A stretch of DNA of 62,064 nt from a virus (lineage: Duplodnaviria; Caudoviricetes), in IMG/VR virus record IMGVR_UViG_3300030060_002483, positions 1 through 62,064 of that record. One strand, given 5' to 3'. The notes under the pieces are model-generated. The model did not search any database. It was not told the origin of the DNA and worked only from the letters and a program-made list of their open reading frames with translations. The stretch's first letter is position 1. Each line of letters begins with the position of its first letter. Shown piece after piece: positions 37,349-46,587 of this stretch. The translations under genes and the position numbers were made by a program.

Positions 37349-37564
37349 ATGAATAAAATATACCAAGTTGAGGTAAAAGTAACAGAAACTCATCACATGT
37401 TGATAGAAGCAGACAGCCCTGAACACGCTAAACGCTTAACAGAGAACTGCGCACCAGACCAAGTAAACGACCGTAGCACCCTAGGTGATACTGACGTAAA
37501 CGTGGTGAAGATTACTGATATAACCACTATAGTCCGTGATGAAGCTGAGGATTATCATGAGTGA
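37349..37564 (+). CDS. Hypothetical protein
   Basis: AGGAGG RBS; IEADSPEHA motif. Confidence 0.6.
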   Translation: MNKIYQVEVKVTETHHMLIEADSPEHAKRLTENCAPDQVNDRSTLGDTDVNVVKITDITTIVRDEAEDYHE

Positions 37565-37892
37565 ATTACAAAATAAATTTAATTGGCAGGATGACCGTGC
37601 TACGGACGACGCCTACTATATATCCGATACGTTAAACAACTATATGGATGAGTTTAAAGAGTTGGGAGCTATTAATGGTATAGGCATATGGGTATACGAG
37701 GATAAAACCTACACCTATGTAGCCCATTATTTTTACGATGATACAGCTAAGTCTGACTTTCGACATTCTGCTAACTTATACAGGATTGAAAAAGATGAAC
37801 AGGTAAGGGGGTTAAATTACCCTGACCAAGTTGACCCTGCTGATGAAGACCATATTTATTTTAATGCTGACCCAGGAGAAAAACCTAAGTAA
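37557..37892 (+). CDS. Hypothetical protein
   Basis: GAGG RBS; coupled. Confidence 0.5.
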   Translation: MSELQNKFNWQDDRATDDAYYISDTLNNYMDEFKELGAINGIGIWVYEDKTYTYVAHYFYDDTAKSDFRHSANLYRIEKDEQVRGLNYPDQVDPADEDHIYFNADPGEKPK

Positions 37893-38169
37893 AGCTGTTT
37901 CTTATATATTGGCTGTGGAAAAAAAGTTTTCTAAAACTGTAAAAGTTTTCTATTTAGCTAATAAGCCAATAGTCACGGAGCTGTAAAGCTCTACTCTAGT
38001 CCTTTTATCGTGGCTATTGGCTACCCTATTACCGACCTATTGCCTATTTGAAGACAATAACTTATTGATGGGTAATTATTGGTAACACTAACCATAAAAC
38101 ATGTAGCAGGTTTGGTAATAGAATAAACCGAATAACAGTTCTCTATATAGGCAGAACTGAGAAAACCTA

Positions 38170-38335
38170 GGGACACGCACCACGAACCAAAATATATGGA
38201 CCACGGACCAAGGACACCGACCAAAGACAAAGACATCATGATCATGATCCAAAGACAATAGCCAATAGCCCATGGACCAAGGACAAAGACACAAAGACAA
38301 AGACACAAGGAACTATGATCATGATCATGATCTTG
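38170..38335. repeat. Strand-biased short tandem repeats (GGACCA, CAAAGACA, ATCATG)
   Basis: ggaccacggaccaaggacaccgaccaaagacaaagacatcatgatcatgatc... is read directly from the sequence. Confidence 0.8.
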
Positions 38336-38476
38336 TTGTACTTCGCTCCTGGTCACCCTAAATCCGCTCAAAAAATAAAGGGACTTTTTTAGTATATAGG
38401 GCTTTACTTTTACTATACTTTGGACTAATATAATAGGGTATTATATATTAATTAGGGCTAAGCCCAGGAGGTAAAA

Positions 38477-38722
38477 ATGTCTAATACTAAAACTAAATCG
38501 GTGTCCGTTAACGCTAACCCTAACCCAGCCGTGATTACGGTTGACGTTAGTAAAGCTAGAGTTGAGGGAGCTAACTTTAACCAGACCCGCCTTAAAAAAG
38601 CGAGTAAGGCAAAAACCCGTAATGACTTAGTAGAAATATATACTACGTTATTCGGTAGTAATAATTACCGTAGCCATTTAAACTACGATATTAAGAAGGG
38701 AGCTATAGTACTAGAAAGCTAG
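38477..38722 (+). CDS. Small basic hypothetical protein in its own transcription unit
   Basis: TTTACT-17-TAATAT promoter at 38403, AGGAGGT RBS, own terminator. Confidence 0.7.
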   Translation: MSNTKTKSVSVNANPNPAVITVDVSKARVEGANFNQTRLKKASKAKTRNDLVEIYTTLFGSNNYRSHLNYDIKKGAIVLES

Positions 38723-38739
38723 TACTACCCAGCCGAGTT

Positions 38740-38764
38740 AGGGGAGTTTATACTCCCCTTTTTT
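38740..38764 (+). terminator. Intrinsic terminator
   Basis: AGGGGAGT-ttat-ACTCCCCT-TTTTT, nearly identical to the 21644 terminator. Confidence 0.8.
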
Positions 38765-38778
38765 ATACCCAAAAAAGT

Positions 38779-38840
38779 TAGTAAGTACTTACTATCGCGT
38801 CGCCCTACGGGCGACTGATCGGCGTCGCCTACGGCGACGC
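38779..38840. repeat. 16-bp palindrome plus twin GC-rich hairpins with TAC loops
   Basis: TAGTAAGTACTTACTA; GTCGCCC-TAC-GGGCGAC; GCGTCGCC-TAC-GGCGACGC. Confidence 0.8.
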
Positions 38841-39101
38841 ACAGAGACGCAGGTTTACTTTAACTTTACTTTAGGAGAAAGACACAGCGACCGTGCACCG
38901 AGGACAACTGAAGGACCTGCGGAGTCCTCGCTTCGCTCGGACACAGAGAGACACACAGATTGACCCCCACCCCCCTTAATGAGGTTAACGTATATAAGTA
39001 GCCGTAGCTAAGATTTTCACGCTCATTTACTATATAAATTATGTTTTGAACTAGAACGCTATACCCTAAAATTTTTTGCAAAATTTTTTTATAATATTGA
39101 G

Positions 39102-39476
39102 ATGTCTAAACGTCTCACTGAATATTTTGAATCTATAAAAGAAGACTGCCCTTATTCAGCTCCTTCTTATAAAAACGGTAAACTATTAGTATTTGACTAC
39201 GATCCACAGTTAATAGACGAATATTATCAGGTAATAGACCAGTATGACGCTATTATGTTTGAATGTCCCTCCTCGACGTCTCGCGACTCACTACTAACCA
39301 TACTTGAAGATTTAGATGACGAGCGACCTAACGCTATGTGGTTTTGGTCACACCCTGATGAAAAACACAACAGTACTCCTAAACCTAGTATAATTATGCA
39401 GAATAAAGTAAACTTGAAGAGAGCACGTAAGGAGTTTTTTAGTAAAATCAAAGATGATAGAGAATCTACTAAATAG
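39102..39476 (+). CDS. Hypothetical protein
   Basis: ORF; CPY...HP...MQ...L.RAR pattern. Confidence 0.55.
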   Translation: MSKRLTEYFESIKEDCPYSAPSYKNGKLLVFDYDPQLIDEYYQVIDQYDAIMFECPSSTSRDSLLTILEDLDDERPNAMWFWSHPDEKHNSTPKPSIIMQNKVNLKRARKEFFSKIKDDRESTK

Positions 39477-41568
39477 TTTAGCTAAATATCAAAGCGAAGA
39501 AGAGTATAAAAACATGCTCGAGGATATGAGTAAGGCACCAGCTGGATTTTTTCCGCCTGACTCTCAAGCGTTACCCCGTGACCCTGGACCTACTGAAAAG
39601 TTTGGCAACCTTATTGGTAAAGGTTTATTAAAACTGCCTTACGTATTTGAAGATGAACGCTCAGCTATGTCAACTGGACAAGACACAGCTAATGTATTAG
39701 CTTTTGCCCCAGTTAGTGGTAATATACTAGGTTACTTAGAAGGTAAGGATTTAGAGAAAAAAGGTAGCCCAGGACTAGGTAGTTTAATACAAGCGTTATC
39801 AGTTGCTATTCCTGGTGGTGCTAAAATACCTAAACCTAAAGTAAAACCTAAAGTAGAACCCTTACCCACAGTAACCGCTACTAAAGTACAAACTACTGAT
39901 ACTAACCCAGACTTTGGTGATATAGAAGTAGATGGGTTTGAAATAGTCGGCGGGTTGCCCACCTTTAGTAGAACTAACTTTAACAGTAACGCAGAGTTTA
40001 GATTAGCTACTAACCTTACTTTCCCTAAAGCTAATAAAAAATATAACGTTGAAGATTTAATAAAAAACACTATAAGTACTGCTCCACCTAGTTTACGTAA
40101 CAGTATCACTGAACAGTTTGATGACTTTGTTTCATCTAGTTTACGTGGTAAAAAAGCCACGAAACAAGAACTATTAGACGATATGGGTAAAAATACGCCT
40201 GTGTTTAAAGAAAACTACATGAACGACCCTGACGCTTTAGTTAGAGAAGCCACAAACATGCACCACGGAAAGTATATGCCTAATATGCCTGGCACTAATA
40301 CAACGCCTGACTCTTTATTGTCAGCCTCACTTTTAAATAAACCCGTTTCAGTAGTAGAAAGATCTTTTTCTTATACCCACCCTAAGTACGTAACCCTTAA
40401 TAACCCCGTACACCCTGAAGTAGGTCTGGGGTCAGTAAACATAACCGCTAACAGAGGCAATATAATTAAGAACAATCCAGGGTTAGATAATACTAAAAAC
40501 CGTATTTTCCACTCAAGGGGAGCTATTTATGATGAAGTAGGAGAAGAAGGAGAAAGAGTTTATATAGCGGGTGAAGGACAATCAGGCGTTTACGGTAGAA
40601 ACAATACGGAAACAAGTGCTGTAACCTACGCTAGTAAAAAACGTCGTTTTAGTCTTACAGAATCAGAAGAGCTTAGACAAGGTCCGTTATCAGCTATACT
40701 TAATAGTGCAGACTCAGCTCAACCTACTTATATAGGTGACTATGAATTAACTCCGTTTTTAGCTAGATCTGAATATAAAGATACTATTAAAGATTTAAAT
40801 AAAACCAGAGCTGATGAAATTAAAAATATACAAGAAGCTGAAGCTTTAAGTGCAGGGTTTAGAGGCGGTATGAAAGAAGCTGACGGTATAAAAAGTAAAT
40901 ACAGTAGACTCTTTATAGAAGCTACTGAAGGAGTTGACCCGCCTCCTAGTTTTGATGAAGTTCAACGTGCAATAAACGCAGCTGACAATAAAATAATAGA
41001 TCAATACAACCGTGCCTTAGATTTAGAAAACCAAATACAGTTTAGAACTTTTGAAATAAACCGTAGTTATAACGACTTAATAAAACCTTTATTAAAAGGT
41101 GGGGAAGAAGTAGCTGAAGGTAAAATACCCTTAGTTAAAGAATGGTTTCCCTTACATATGAAAACCAGCATGAACGAAGCGATAGAACAAGGTGCTGATT
41201 CTATATACTTCCCTATTAACGATTACGCAGTGGCTAAACAAACTGGTCAACGTTTACAACCCGAAAGAGTACGTCAATATAAATATAGAACGGATAGTTT
41301 TGAAGAAGCAGAGGGTGAAATACTCCCTTACACACCAGGAGAAACAGCTCAAGGTTTAGCACCTTTTTACCGTCAAGAAACTAAAAGAGGCGTAAAACGT
41401 ATAGAAGACGAATACGGTATAAAATTAAACGCTGAAACTATAATGGACGACAATAATAATGAATTTATAAAAATAGCCCTAACCCCAGAAATAAAAGAGG
41501 CACTCAAAAGAATACTGTATAACCGTGGGGGATTAGTGACTATGATGCCGTTAAAATATGGAATATGA
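39454..41568 (+). CDS. Large protein with a polyvalent-protein-like domain
   Basis: FHSR...GEGQS...EWF.LHMK..MNEA.EQGAD...FY motif order; C-terminal YNRGGLV. Confidence 0.5.
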   Translation: MIENLLNSLAKYQSEEEYKNMLEDMSKAPAGFFPPDSQALPRDPGPTEKFGNLIGKGLLKLPYVFEDERSAMSTGQDTANVLAFAPVSGNILGYLEGKDLEKKGSPGLGSLIQALSVAIPGGAKIPKPKVKPKVEPLPTVTATKVQTTDTNPDFGDIEVDGFEIVGGLPTFSRTNFNSNAEFRLATNLTFPKANKKYNVEDLIKNTISTAPPSLRNSITEQFDDFVSSSLRGKKATKQELLDDMGKNTPVFKENYMNDPDALVREATNMHHGKYMPNMPGTNTTPDSLLSASLLNKPVSVVERSFSYTHPKYVTLNNPVHPEVGLGSVNITANRGNIIKNNPGLDNTKNRIFHSRGAIYDEVGEEGERVYIAGEGQSGVYGRNNTETSAVTYASKKRRFSLTESEELRQGPLSAILNSADSAQPTYIGDYELTPFLARSEYKDTIKDLNKTRADEIKNIQEAEALSAGFRGGMKEADGIKSKYSRLFIEATEGVDPPPSFDEVQRAINAADNKIIDQYNRALDLENQIQFRTFEINRSYNDLIKPLLKGGEEVAEGKIPLVKEWFPLHMKTSMNEAIEQGADSIYFPINDYAVAKQTGQRLQPERVRQYKYRTDSFEEAEGEILPYTPGETAQGLAPFYRQETKRGVKRIEDEYGIKLNAETIMDDNNNEFIKIALTPEIKEALKRILYNRGGLVTMMPLKYGI

Positions 41569-43072
41569 TTTAAGCGATCTCCCCGAAGACGTATTAAAAG
41601 AACACCTAGAACTAACTGAACGTTTAAAAGAAATACAAGACGTTGAAGCTAGTAAAGATAATTTTTTAAACTTTGTTAAAAGCCAGTGGCCACAGTTTAT
41701 TAGCGGTGCCCACCATAAAAAGATGGCGGAAGCGTTTGACCGTATAGCTAAAGGTAAAATAAAACGGTTAATAATTAACATGCCTCCGCGTCATACTAAA
41801 AGTGAGTTCGCTAGTCATTACTTCCCCGCTTACTTAGTAGGACGTAACCCTAGTTTAAAAATACTACAAGCCACCCACACCGCAGACTTAGCAGTAAAGT
41901 TTGGTCGTAAAATTAGGGACTTGATGTTAACGGAAGATTTTCAAAAAGTATTTCCTGACGTACTAATAAACCCAGACTCAAAAGCAGCAGGTAAATGGGA
42001 GACGCAAGATAAAAGTAACCCTAAGTTAAAAGGCGAGTATTATGCTGCGGGTGTTGGAGGTGCGTTAGCTGGTAGAGGAGCGGACTTATTTATTATTGAC
42101 GACCCACACTCCGAACAAGATGCCATGAACCCTAAGAGTATGGAAGATACTTACGATTGGTATACTAGTGGACCCCGCCAACGTTTACAGCCAGGAGGAG
42201 CCATAGTAATAGTTATGACTCGCTGGAACGTTAATGATCTTACGGGTAGGTTACTTAAAGATGCTGCCCGTGACCCTAAAGCTGACCAGTGGGAAGTTAT
42301 AGAATTACCTGCTATATTACCTAGCGGTAAAGCTCTGTGGCCAGAATACTGGGAGTTAAAAGAACTAGAAAGTGTAAAAGCTAGTTTACGTGGTGGACCT
42401 AAATGGCACGCTCAGTATATGCAGAATCCAACGTCCGAGGAAGGTGCACTTATAAAAAGAGAATGGTGGAGAACTTGGGAAAGAGAAAGACCGCCACCTT
42501 GTGAATATTTAATACAAAGTTACGATACTGCGTTTTTAAAAAGCTCAATGGCTGACTACTCAGCTATAACTACGTGGGGAGTTTTTTACCCTGAGGGTCA
42601 ATTAGGTGAGGAGTTTTACGACGGCACCGTACCACACATCATACTATTAGATTGTGTTAAGGGCAGGTATAGTTTTCCTGAACTTAAAGCCGTAGCCTAT
42701 GACCAATATAATGATTGGCAACCTGACGTAGTTATAATAGAAAGTAAAGCTACGGGTATACCCTTAACTCAAGAACTGCGTAACTTAGGTATACCCGTAC
42801 AAAACTTTACACCTAGTAAAGGTAACGATAAAGTAGCTAGAGTCAACGCTAGTACCCCGCTATTTGAATCAGGTATGGTTTGGGCTCCTGATACTAAATA
42901 CGCTCACGAACTTATAGAAGAGTGTGCTGCTTTTCCTGCGGGGGACCACGATGATTTAGTAGACTCAACTACTCAAGCGTTATTACGTTTTAGACAAGGT
43001 GGTTTTGTAAAACTACCTAGCGACTACCAAGAAGACAATATATACTATAAACGAAAAATAAGTTATTATTAA
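41558..43072 (+). CDS. terL: Terminase large subunit
   Basis: INMPPRHTKSE Walker A, IIDDPH, QSYDTA nuclease, HDDLVDSTTQA. Confidence 0.96.
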   Translation: MEYDLSDLPEDVLKEHLELTERLKEIQDVEASKDNFLNFVKSQWPQFISGAHHKKMAEAFDRIAKGKIKRLIINMPPRHTKSEFASHYFPAYLVGRNPSLKILQATHTADLAVKFGRKIRDLMLTEDFQKVFPDVLINPDSKAAGKWETQDKSNPKLKGEYYAAGVGGALAGRGADLFIIDDPHSEQDAMNPKSMEDTYDWYTSGPRQRLQPGGAIVIVMTRWNVNDLTGRLLKDAARDPKADQWEVIELPAILPSGKALWPEYWELKELESVKASLRGGPKWHAQYMQNPTSEEGALIKREWWRTWERERPPPCEYLIQSYDTAFLKSSMADYSAITTWGVFYPEGQLGEEFYDGTVPHIILLDCVKGRYSFPELKAVAYDQYNDWQPDVVIIESKATGIPLTQELRNLGIPVQNFTPSKGNDKVARVNASTPLFESGMVWAPDTKYAHELIEECAAFPAGDHDDLVDSTTQALLRFRQGGFVKLPSDYQEDNIYYKRKISYY

Positions 43073-43075
43073 TCC

Positions 43076-45493
43076 ATGGCTATAGAGAACGTCCCCAACA
43101 ATCAAGATGTCGATATTGAAATAACTGAAGATATTCAACCAGAAGAAGTATTAGAAAACTTAGGTATAGAAGTAGAACTACCTGAGGAGATGAATATACA
43201 AGGTGATATGACCTCCTCTTTTGAAATAACTCCAGAGGGCATGGTTAACCCAATAGGCGAAGAAATGAATATGGTTATGACTGACCATCAGATGAACTTA
43301 GCTGAAATTTTAGATGAGCCAACTTTAAATACTTTAAGCAGTGAACTTTTAGAAGCGTACGATAATGATAAATCTTCACGCCAAGATTGGTTAGACACTT
43401 TTACTAAAGGTTTAGATCTACTAGGTATTAAAACAGAAGAAAGAGAGGAACCGTTCCCAGGAGCAACAGGTGTACACCACCCGTTATTAAGTGAAGCCGT
43501 AACACAATTTCAAGCTCAAGCGTACAAAGAACTATTACCTGCTGGTGGACCAGTTAAAACTAGAATCATGGGTAGTGAAACACCAGACGTACAAGCACAA
43601 AATCAAAGAGTAAAAGAGTTTATGAACTATCAGATAACTGAGGTTATGAAAGAATATGACCCTGAGATGGATAGTTTATTGTTTTATCTGCCTTTAGCAG
43701 GCAGTGCTTTTAAAAAAGTTTATTACGATAACTTACTAGGTCGTCCAACTAGCCGTTTAGTTAAAGCCGAAGACTTAGTAGTTTCATACGAAACGACAGA
43801 CCTTGAATCTTCCCCTAGATTTGTGCATGTAATTAGTATGACAGGCAATGATTTAAAAAAATCTCAGCTAAACGGCACCTATATTAACTTTGAAGTCAAC
43901 GAACCTAGTGGTGATATAGAGAGTAATGAAGTAAAAGAGAAGATGGACGAGCTACAAGGCATGGCACCTTCTATAAATGACTACGATGAATACAATATTT
44001 TAGAGTTTCACGTTGATTTAGAGCTAGAAGGTATTGATGATTACGGTTTTGGCGTGCCTTATGTGGTGACTATCCTTGAAGATGAGTCTAAAATACTGTC
44101 AATTAGGCGTAATTGGGACGAAAATGACGAATTATTCCGTAAAAAAGAGTATTTTGTACACTATAAGTTCCTTCCAGGACTAGGTTTTTACGGTTTTGGG
44201 CTAATTCACATGATTGGAGGGCTAACTAAGTCAGCTACTTCTATATTACGTCAGTTAGTAGACGCTGGAACCCTTAGTAATCTACCCGCAGGCTTCAAAG
44301 CTAGAGGTATGAGAGTGCAAGGCGAGGATGAACCGTTACGTCCAGGAGAATTTAGAGATGTAGATGTGCCAGGAGGCGTAATACGTGACGCTTTAATGCC
44401 CTTACCTTATAAAGAACCGAGTAATGTACTAAGTCAGCTACTAGGTATACTAATAGACTCAGGTAGAAGGTTTGCTTCTATCGCAGATATGCAAGTTGGT
44501 GACATAGGTAGTCAACAATTACCCGTAGGTACTACAGTAGCCATGTTAGAGCGTGGTACTAAGGTGATGTCAGCCATACATAAACGTTTACACTACGCAC
44601 AAAAGAAAGAATTTAGGTTATTAGCGGGTATATTCAGTAAAAGTTTACCGCCAGTGTACCCTTACGATGTTCCAGGAGCTAGTAGAGAAATAAAATCTAT
44701 GGATTTTAACGATAAAATAGATATTATTCCCGTAAGTGACCCTAATATCTTTAGTATGGCTCAAAGAGTGATGTTAGCCCAACAAGAACTACAAATGGCA
44801 CAAGCAGCACCCGATATACACGATTTACGTGAGGCTTATAAGCGTATGTACGAAGCTTTAGAGGTAAAAAACATAGAACTTATATTACCGCCACCAGCTG
44901 AAGTACCGCCACGTGACCCTATAAGTGAACAACAAGCAGCAATGACTAACCAACCTATAAAAGCTTTTGAGTTTCAAAATCATGAGGCGTATGTTCAAGC
45001 ACATACCGCATTTTTACAAAATCCTATGATGGCACAGAATCAAGGTGCTATGATGATGATACAAGCTAACATACAAGAACACCAAGCTATGTTATATAAA
45101 CAACAAATAGAACAAGCGATGGGTCAACCGTTACCTTCAATGGAAGAAGGACCTATGCCACCTGAAGTTATGAATCAAATAGCTAACTCTGCAGCTCAAG
45201 CTACTCAAATAGTTACTGGACAAGCACAAGCTTTAGCTAACGCACAGCAGATGGATCAAACTGATCCTATAGTAAGGTTAAAAGAACAAGAAATACAACA
45301 ACGAGCTCAAAGCGATGCATTAAGAGCCGAAGTAGATGTTGAAAGAATAAAATCAAACGAAGCCATAGCTGAAATGAAAATAGCACAACAACGTGAAGCA
45401 GCAGAAATGAAAGAAGAAGGTAACGTTCGTAAAGAGTTTTATGATAGACTAAAAGAGGTCAGAGAATCTGACACATTAACTAAAGGAGAATAA
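43076..45493 (+). CDS. Portal protein
   Basis: 805 aa after terL; LPLAGSAFKKVYYD, GFYGFGLIH, DAGTLSNLPAGFK; Q/M-rich tail. Confidence 0.9.
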   Translation: MAIENVPNNQDVDIEITEDIQPEEVLENLGIEVELPEEMNIQGDMTSSFEITPEGMVNPIGEEMNMVMTDHQMNLAEILDEPTLNTLSSELLEAYDNDKSSRQDWLDTFTKGLDLLGIKTEEREEPFPGATGVHHPLLSEAVTQFQAQAYKELLPAGGPVKTRIMGSETPDVQAQNQRVKEFMNYQITEVMKEYDPEMDSLLFYLPLAGSAFKKVYYDNLLGRPTSRLVKAEDLVVSYETTDLESSPRFVHVISMTGNDLKKSQLNGTYINFEVNEPSGDIESNEVKEKMDELQGMAPSINDYDEYNILEFHVDLELEGIDDYGFGVPYVVTILEDESKILSIRRNWDENDELFRKKEYFVHYKFLPGLGFYGFGLIHMIGGLTKSATSILRQLVDAGTLSNLPAGFKARGMRVQGEDEPLRPGEFRDVDVPGGVIRDALMPLPYKEPSNVLSQLLGILIDSGRRFASIADMQVGDIGSQQLPVGTTVAMLERGTKVMSAIHKRLHYAQKKEFRLLAGIFSKSLPPVYPYDVPGASREIKSMDFNDKIDIIPVSDPNIFSMAQRVMLAQQELQMAQAAPDIHDLREAYKRMYEALEVKNIELILPPPAEVPPRDPISEQQAAMTNQPIKAFEFQNHEAYVQAHTAFLQNPMMAQNQGAMMMIQANIQEHQAMLYKQQIEQAMGQPLPSMEEGPMPPEVMNQIANSAAQATQIVTGQAQALANAQQMDQTDPIVRLKEQEIQQRAQSDALRAEVDVERIKSNEAIAEMKIAQQREAAEMKEEGNVRKEFYDRLKEVRESDTLTKGE

Positions 45494-45494
45494 A

Positions 45495-45605
45495 ATGCCA
45501 GGAAGAAATATTAAGAGAAACCGTGGAAAAATGGTTAAACTAAAAAGAGGCGGTTCTAAAATGAAAAGTAAGAAGATGAACCGTGGTAAGAAAAAAAGGA
45601 GATAA
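45495..45605 (+). CDS. 36-aa Lys/Arg-rich peptide (not in the ORF track)
   Basis: MPGRNIKRNRGKMVKLKRGGSKMKSKKMNRGKKKRR; AGGAG RBS. Confidence 0.6.
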   Translation: MPGRNIKRNRGKMVKLKRGGSKMKSKKMNRGKKKRR

Positions 45606-45607
45606 AC

Positions 45608-45754
45608 ATGCCAGGAAATAGAGCAAGTATGATGCGCCAGTTATTGGGGCACGGTGGTGAGCCAGGAATGCCTGCAGGTAACGCTAACCGTAGAAGAGTT
45701 ATGTGTATGGACATGGGTGGTGAACTGATAAAAAATAAAAAGGTGAAAAAATGA
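45608..45754 (+). CDS. 48-aa small protein (not in the ORF track)
   Basis: MPGNRASMMRQLLGHGGEPG...MDMGGELIKNKKVKK; AGGAG RBS. Confidence 0.6.
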   Translation: MPGNRASMMRQLLGHGGEPGMPAGNANRRRVMCMDMGGELIKNKKVKK

Positions 45755-45921
45755 AGGAAGTAAAATTAGAAAAAGCTAATAAAATTGATCTTTCTCAACC
45801 TGTTACCACAGGCGAAATACTAAATAAAAAAGTTTTCGGTATGGGTAAAGGTACAGCTAAAGGCGGAGGAGCAGCCACTAAAGGTTTAAGCTATAATCTT
45901 TGCCCTAGCGGTAAAGAGTAA
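45751..45921 (+). CDS. 56-aa small basic protein (not in the ORF track)
   Basis: MKEVKLEKAN...KGGGAATKGLSY...; ATGA overlap. Confidence 0.6.
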   Translation: MKEVKLEKANKIDLSQPVTTGEILNKKVFGMGKGTAKGGGAATKGLSYNLCPSGKE

Positions 45922-46116
45922 GTGGGTAGCCGTAAGTTCCCTAAGGTAGCTAAAAGTAAAAAAGGTGTACCTCAGGCTTATTTACAAGGTGCTAAAAACC
46001 CTAGTGCTAGAGAAAGAGAAATACTACGTACCCGTAAAAAGTATTTATCGGGTAAAATGACTAGTAAAGACTTTGAAGCAGTAGAACGCTCAAGGGCTAA
46101 AGATAGGAGAAAATAA
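45922..46116 (+). CDS. Small basic protein
   Basis: K/R-rich; KGVPQAYL motif. Confidence 0.6.
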   Translation: MGSRKFPKVAKSKKGVPQAYLQGAKNPSAREREILRTRKKYLSGKMTSKDFEAVERSRAKDRRK

Positions 46117-46587
46117 ATGGCAACGCCAGCATGTGTAAAAAAATATGCTAAGAGTAGCGGTAAGTCCGAGTCTACTTTAAAAAAAGTTTATAAAAGAGGT
46201 CAAGGAGCCTACTTTAGTTCTGGTTCAAGACCAGGACAAAGTTCACACTCTTGGGGTTGCGGTAGAGTTAGAAGTTTTGCTACGGGTAAAGGCGGAGCAC
46301 GTAAAGCAGACGCTGACCTTTTAGGTAAAAAGAAAAAGAAAGTTAAAAAATCTACGGGAGGTGGAGTTATGAATGATAGTCAAGAACGTAAGTTAAAAAA
46401 TAGTCGTAAAGCTGATTTAAATAGAGACGGCAGATTATCATCATACGAAAAAGCTAGGGGTTTAGCTATTGAAAAAGCTATGGCTAAGGATAGCAAAACT
46501 CCAGTTAAAAAGAATATAGGCGGAGCCATAGCTAGAGGTTGTGGTCAAGTAGACGAAAGCAGACGTAAAAAAACTAAATATTTCTAA
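46117..46587 (+). CDS. Basic protein with YKRGxGAY...GSRP...W...RV domain and a DLNRDG EF-hand-like motif
   Basis: Motifs read from the translation. Confidence 0.65.
   Translation: MATPACVKKYAKSSGKSESTLKKVYKRGQGAYFSSGSRPGQSSHSWGCGRVRSFATGKGGARKADADLLGKKKKKVKKSTGGGVMNDSQERKLKNSRKADLNRDGRLSSYEKARGLAIEKAMAKDSKTPVKKNIGGAIARGCGQVDESRRKKTKYF

Noticed and set aside
38021-38371. Minus-strand ORFs (116 aa and 72 aa)
   Set aside because: They are translations of the low-complexity repeat tract (LCLCLC, DHDHDH) with no RBS or plausible protein features.
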